This document shows positions 23,703-26,783 of a DNA stretch of 26,783 nucleotides, one piece after another. The notes under the pieces are model-generated. The model was given only the letters and a program-made list of their open reading frames with translations. It ran no database searches and was not told where the DNA came from. Location of the stretch: NCBI GenBank assembly GCA_041484155.1, contig JBGPHB010000001.1, positions 1 through 26,783 of the forward strand, given 5' to 3'. How positions within the stretch are numbered: position 1 is the first letter of the stretch; the number at the start of each line of letters is the position of its first letter. This stretch comes from Bryobacteraceae bacterium. GTDB lineage: Bacteria; Acidobacteriota; Terriglobia; Bryobacterales; Bryobacteraceae. The position numbers were made by a program, and so were the translations under genes.

Positions 23703-24391
23703 AGACACTGATCCTGGTGATCGAGGATGATTCCCAAATCCGGCGATTCCTGCGCGCGACGCTCGCCGCGGAAGGCTACCAGTTTCATGAGGCCGTCACC
23801 GCCGGGGAGGGCGTTGCCCAGGCCGCGGCGCGGCAGCCTGACTTGATCCTGCTTGACCTCGGCCTCCCGGATCGCGACGGACTCGAAGTCATCCGCCGGG
23901 TGCGCGAATGGAGCCAGACGCCGATCGTGGTGGTTTCCGCCCGCGGACAGGAGAAAGATAAGATCGCCGCGCTCGACCTGGGCGCCGACGACTACGTCGC
24001 CAAGCCGTTCGCGGTCGGCGAGTTGCTGGCGCGGATCCGTGCCGCGCTTCGCCGGTCAGCCGCGATCGGCCAGGATGGCGCCGGTGCCGTATTCCACTTC
24101 GGTCGCGTCGAGGCGGACCTGGACAAGCGCATCGTCAAGGTGGATGGCCAGGAGGTCCATCTCACACCGAACGAGTACAAGCTCCTCCTGGTGCTGATCA
24201 AACATGCGGGAAAGGTACTGACGCAGCGCCAGCTCCTGAACGAAGTCTGGGGGCCGAACCATATCGAACAAGCCCAATACCTCAGAGTCTACGTCGCCCA
24301 ACTCCGGCGAAAGCTAGAGCGCGACCCCGCACGGCCAAAACACTTGCAGACGGAGCCGGGCGTCGGCTATCGTCTGGTGGTTGAAGGGTAG
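23699..24391 (+). CDS. kdpE: KdpE response regulator (OmpR family)
   Basis: ILVIEDDSQIRRFL, PDLILLDLGLPDRDG, ALDLGADDYVAKPF, HLTPNEYKLL, LLNEVWGP, YLRVYVAQLRRKLE and TEPGVGYRL. ATGA overlap with kdpD. Confidence 0.93.
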   Translation: MKTLILVIEDDSQIRRFLRATLAAEGYQFHEAVTAGEGVAQAAARQPDLILLDLGLPDRDGLEVIRRVREWSQTPIVVVSARGQEKDKIAALDLGADDYVAKPFAVGELLARIRAALRRSAAIGQDGAGAVFHFGRVEADLDKRIVKVDGQEVHLTPNEYKLLLVLIKHAGKVLTQRQLLNEVWGPNHIEQAQYLRVYVAQLRRKLERDPARPKHLQTEPGVGYRLVVEG

Positions 24392-24409
24392 AGGTGACAG
24401 AATTGCCTT

Positions 24410-25483
24410 CTAGAACTTGGCACGCAAAAGTTCGAACTTGTCCAGCGTGCTGCCGTCGATCCCGATGGCTTCAACGCGAATGGTCTCGCCATCCACCGTC
24501 ACGCTGACGAAGTTCTCGATGCTGACCACCCTTTGAGTGATTCCCGGGGGCGGTTTATCTACGTCGTAGAGAGGAGCGCCGCCACCTCCGGTCACCACAT
24601 AGTGGATACCGTTCTTCAAATAGTGCTGGTAGTTGTGATCGTGACCGAAGAATCCAATCGTCACGTGATACTTTTCGAACAGCGGCACCAGCGCCGTCAT
24701 GTGCGGGTTGTCACCTTGCCGCCGGGCGACCGCGGTGTAGGGCGGGTGATGCGCAGTCACGAACCGGTAATCGGCGCCCTGGTGAGCTTGCAGATCCTCT
24801 TCCAGCCAGCGGGTCTGCTCGGCCCAAAACGCTGCTTTCTCCCGTTTGTTACGGGACACATTCTCGATGTCGCTGTTGATCACGATAAAGTGGCCGTTGC
24901 CCCAGTCAAATGAGTAGTACGCGGTGGTGGCCTGGAAGAACTCGTAGAAATCGCGGCTGTTGCGTTCATGATTCCCCAAAGCCGGGAAGAACGCGGTCTG
25001 CCTGAGAAGCTCCTTCTCGATGTCAAAGAAGATGGGCCACAGAGAGCTGTCGTTTCCGTTGGCGACCAGATCCCCCGTTTGGAGCACAAAATCCGGGATC
25101 CCATGTTTGACCAGCGTATCCATGACGCGGCGGTGCACGTCGTGACGCGTGCGATTGTCGCCGTACACCACGAAGTTGTAGGGTTCTGCTTTTGTGGGTG
25201 GTGTTTTGAAAGATCCCTTCCCGGCGTCCTGGCCGGCGACCTGATATTCGTACCGCGTATTCGGCTCCAGCCCGGTGAGAGTCGTCTTCTCTACGCGGAG
25301 GGATGGCGACTTGCGCGCGGCGGCTCCTCCGGCCGGCTGGACCGTCGCTTCGTCGCTTTGCACGATCCACACGACGGTGGCGCTATTGGAGGTCACCTGC
25401 GGGACCAACGGGCCGCCCGCGATCTTATCGGCAGCCGCGAGAGTAGCGGCACCGCCCAGAACCAAACACAACAGTTTCTTCAT
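24410..25483 (-). CDS. Secreted purple-acid-phosphatase-like metallophosphoesterase with an N-terminal FN3-like domain
   Basis: Signal peptide MKKLLCLVLGGAATLAAA. Motifs YGDNR, TGDLV, LGNHE, AHHPPY and GHDHNY. Confidence 0.9.
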   Translation of the reverse strand: MKKLLCLVLGGAATLAAADKIAGGPLVPQVTSNSATVVWIVQSDEATVQPAGGAAARKSPSLRVEKTTLTGLEPNTRYEYQVAGQDAGKGSFKTPPTKAEPYNFVVYGDNRTRHDVHRRVMDTLVKHGIPDFVLQTGDLVANGNDSSLWPIFFDIEKELLRQTAFFPALGNHERNSRDFYEFFQATTAYYSFDWGNGHFIVINSDIENVSRNKREKAAFWAEQTRWLEEDLQAHQGADYRFVTAHHPPYTAVARRQGDNPHMTALVPLFEKYHVTIGFFGHDHNYQHYLKNGIHYVVTGGGGAPLYDVDKPPPGITQRVVSIENFVSVTVDGETIRVEAIGIDGSTLDKFELLRAKF

Positions 25484-25666
25484 AAGACACCAAAAGAGTC
25501 AGTGGGTTCGTCCATGTTACGGACGTGCCGTGACGTACGGGTGAATATCGGATGAGAGTCCAGTTGCGATTCGATCCCGTAACACTCCTGTATTGGAAAC
25601 GTCAATTTCGAGTCATTCTCCGCCCACAGAATTAGGGTATTTCGTAGGAAAGGTTCCTGACCAACG

Positions 25667-26783
25667 ATGATAGCCTCTAAACCGTTTTCGTGTCTCTGCC
25701 TGTTGCTTGTCTCGACTCTGCGCCTGGCGGCGCAAGTGGATGGAACATCACTGAACGGCACTATAACTGACCCCACGGGCTCAGCGGTGCCGGACGCGAA
25801 GGTCGTGGCGGTCTCCTCCCATACGGGCCTTCGCCGCGAAACTTTGACCGGGTCGTCGGGAACCTACCAGATTCCGTCACTGGCGATCGGCGCGTACACC
25901 GTTACCGTCACGAAGCCAGGATTTCGCGCCGCGGAGTTCAAGAACGTGGAGCTGGCTGTCGGCCAATCGCGCACCCTGGATGCCGGACTGGCAGTTGGCT
26001 CTACCACTGACGTAGTAGAGGTAACCGCCACCGTGGAAACCCTGAACCGGACCTCCGCCGAAGTGGGTGGACTGATTGAATCGGAGCAGATCAAATCGAT
26101 CCCCATCAGTGGGCGAAACTGGGCCAGCCTCATGTTACTGGTCCCCGGCGCGGTGAACTACGGGGGCGGCTCGCAACGCAGCATACGGTTCAACGGGCAT
26201 TCCATAGACGACGCCAATTACACCTTCGATGGCATTGACAACAACGGCGTCCAGGAACAGACGCAGAAGGCCGAGACCCGGCTGAATATCGCCCTCGACT
26301 CGATCGCCGAGTTTCGCGTGAGCACGGCCGTTTACACTGCCGAGAGCGGTGCGGCGGGCGGTGCTCAAGTACAAGTGGTTTCGAAAACCGGCACCAATCA
26401 GTACCATGGCGGTACGTTTTATGCGATCCGCAACGATGCGCTGGATGCCCGCTCGCCGTTCGACGGCGCGACTATCCCGCCATTCACACTGCACCAGTTC
26501 GGCGCCAACTTCGGCGGTCCTATCAAAAAGGATAAAGCGTTCTTCTTCGTGAATTATGAAGGCTTGCGTCAGGATCTCGGGATCACCCAGGTCAGCTTCG
26601 TTCCCAACGCGGCGTTTCGCGCCAAAGTGATCGCGAAATCGCCGGTGCTGAAGCCTCTGATCGACGCCTACCCGATCGGCCAGACCGCGCTTGACTCGAC
26701 CACCGATCAGATCAACCTGGTGGCCAGCAACACCGTGCGCGAGGACTCAGGTATGGTCCGCTTCGACTACCGGTTTAACGACA
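25667..26783 (+). CDS. TonB-dependent receptor with N-terminal carboxypeptidase-regulatory-like domain (3'-partial; absent from the ORF track)
   Basis: Manual translation from ATG 25667: MIASKPFSCLCLLLVSTLRLAAQVDGTSLNGTITDPTGSAVPDAKV...IPISGRNWASLMLLVPGA...LDSIAEFRVST...KTGTNQYHG...RNDALDARSPF...HQFGANFGGPIKKDKAFFFVNYEGLRQ. The frame is open to the window end. AGGAAAGG upstream. Confidence 0.92.
   Translation, partial: MIASKPFSCLCLLLVSTLRLAAQVDGTSLNGTITDPTGSAVPDAKVVAVSSHTGLRRETLTGSSGTYQIPSLAIGAYTVTVTKPGFRAAEFKNVELAVGQSRTLDAGLAVGSTTDVVEVTATVETLNRTSAEVGGLIESEQIKSIPISGRNWASLMLLVPGAVNYGGGSQRSIRFNGHSIDDANYTFDGIDNNGVQEQTQKAETRLNIALDSIAEFRVSTAVYTAESGAAGGAQVQVVSKTGTNQYHGGTFYAIRNDALDARSPFDGATIPPFTLHQFGANFGGPIKKDKAFFFVNYEGLRQDLGITQVSFVPNAAFRAKVIAKSPVLKPLIDAYPIGQTALDSTTDQINLVASNTVREDSGMVRFDYRFND

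Noticed and set aside
25592-25606. ATTG-GAAACGT-CAAT as a LacI/cre-like operator upstream of the TonB receptor
   Set aside because: Only 4-bp arms and a half-match to the consensus, which is expected by chance.

Overview
GC-rich bacterial chromosomal DNA. An Acidobacteriota (Bryobacterales/Solibacter-like) origin is inferred from an N-terminal carboxypeptidase-like TonB-dependent receptor, an ADOP permease remnant and overall gene style. Left to right: the 3' part of a CopG/BrnA-type antitoxin; typA; a circularly permuted ATP-grasp-like protein lacking its catalytic residues; a REPIN-like double hairpin; a Wzt-like protein with a dead ATPase domain; and an S9 peptidase. Next comes an 11-kb, nine-gene, co-oriented enzyme cluster (6750-17688): B12-radical SAM, GNAT-like protein, GH3 acyl-adenylate ligase interrupted by one in-frame TAG, Rieske oxygenase, PAP2/IPC-synthase-desaturase fusion, desaturase, GNAT, alpha/beta hydrolase and desaturase. 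It looks like an uncharacterised carrier-protein-free lipid or acyl-amide tailoring pathway. It is followed by a CCA-adding enzyme and an ADOP permease relic. Then comes a potassium module: a KdpE-type box upstream of a USP-like ORF, a KimA/KUP-like APC transporter, an N-terminally short KdpD and KdpE, with no kdpFABC in the window. The window ends with a secreted metallophosphoesterase and the 5' part of a TonB-dependent receptor that the ORF track missed. No rRNA, tRNA, CRISPR array, integrase or transposase was recognised. All family assignments come from motif recognition by eye; no database searches were run.
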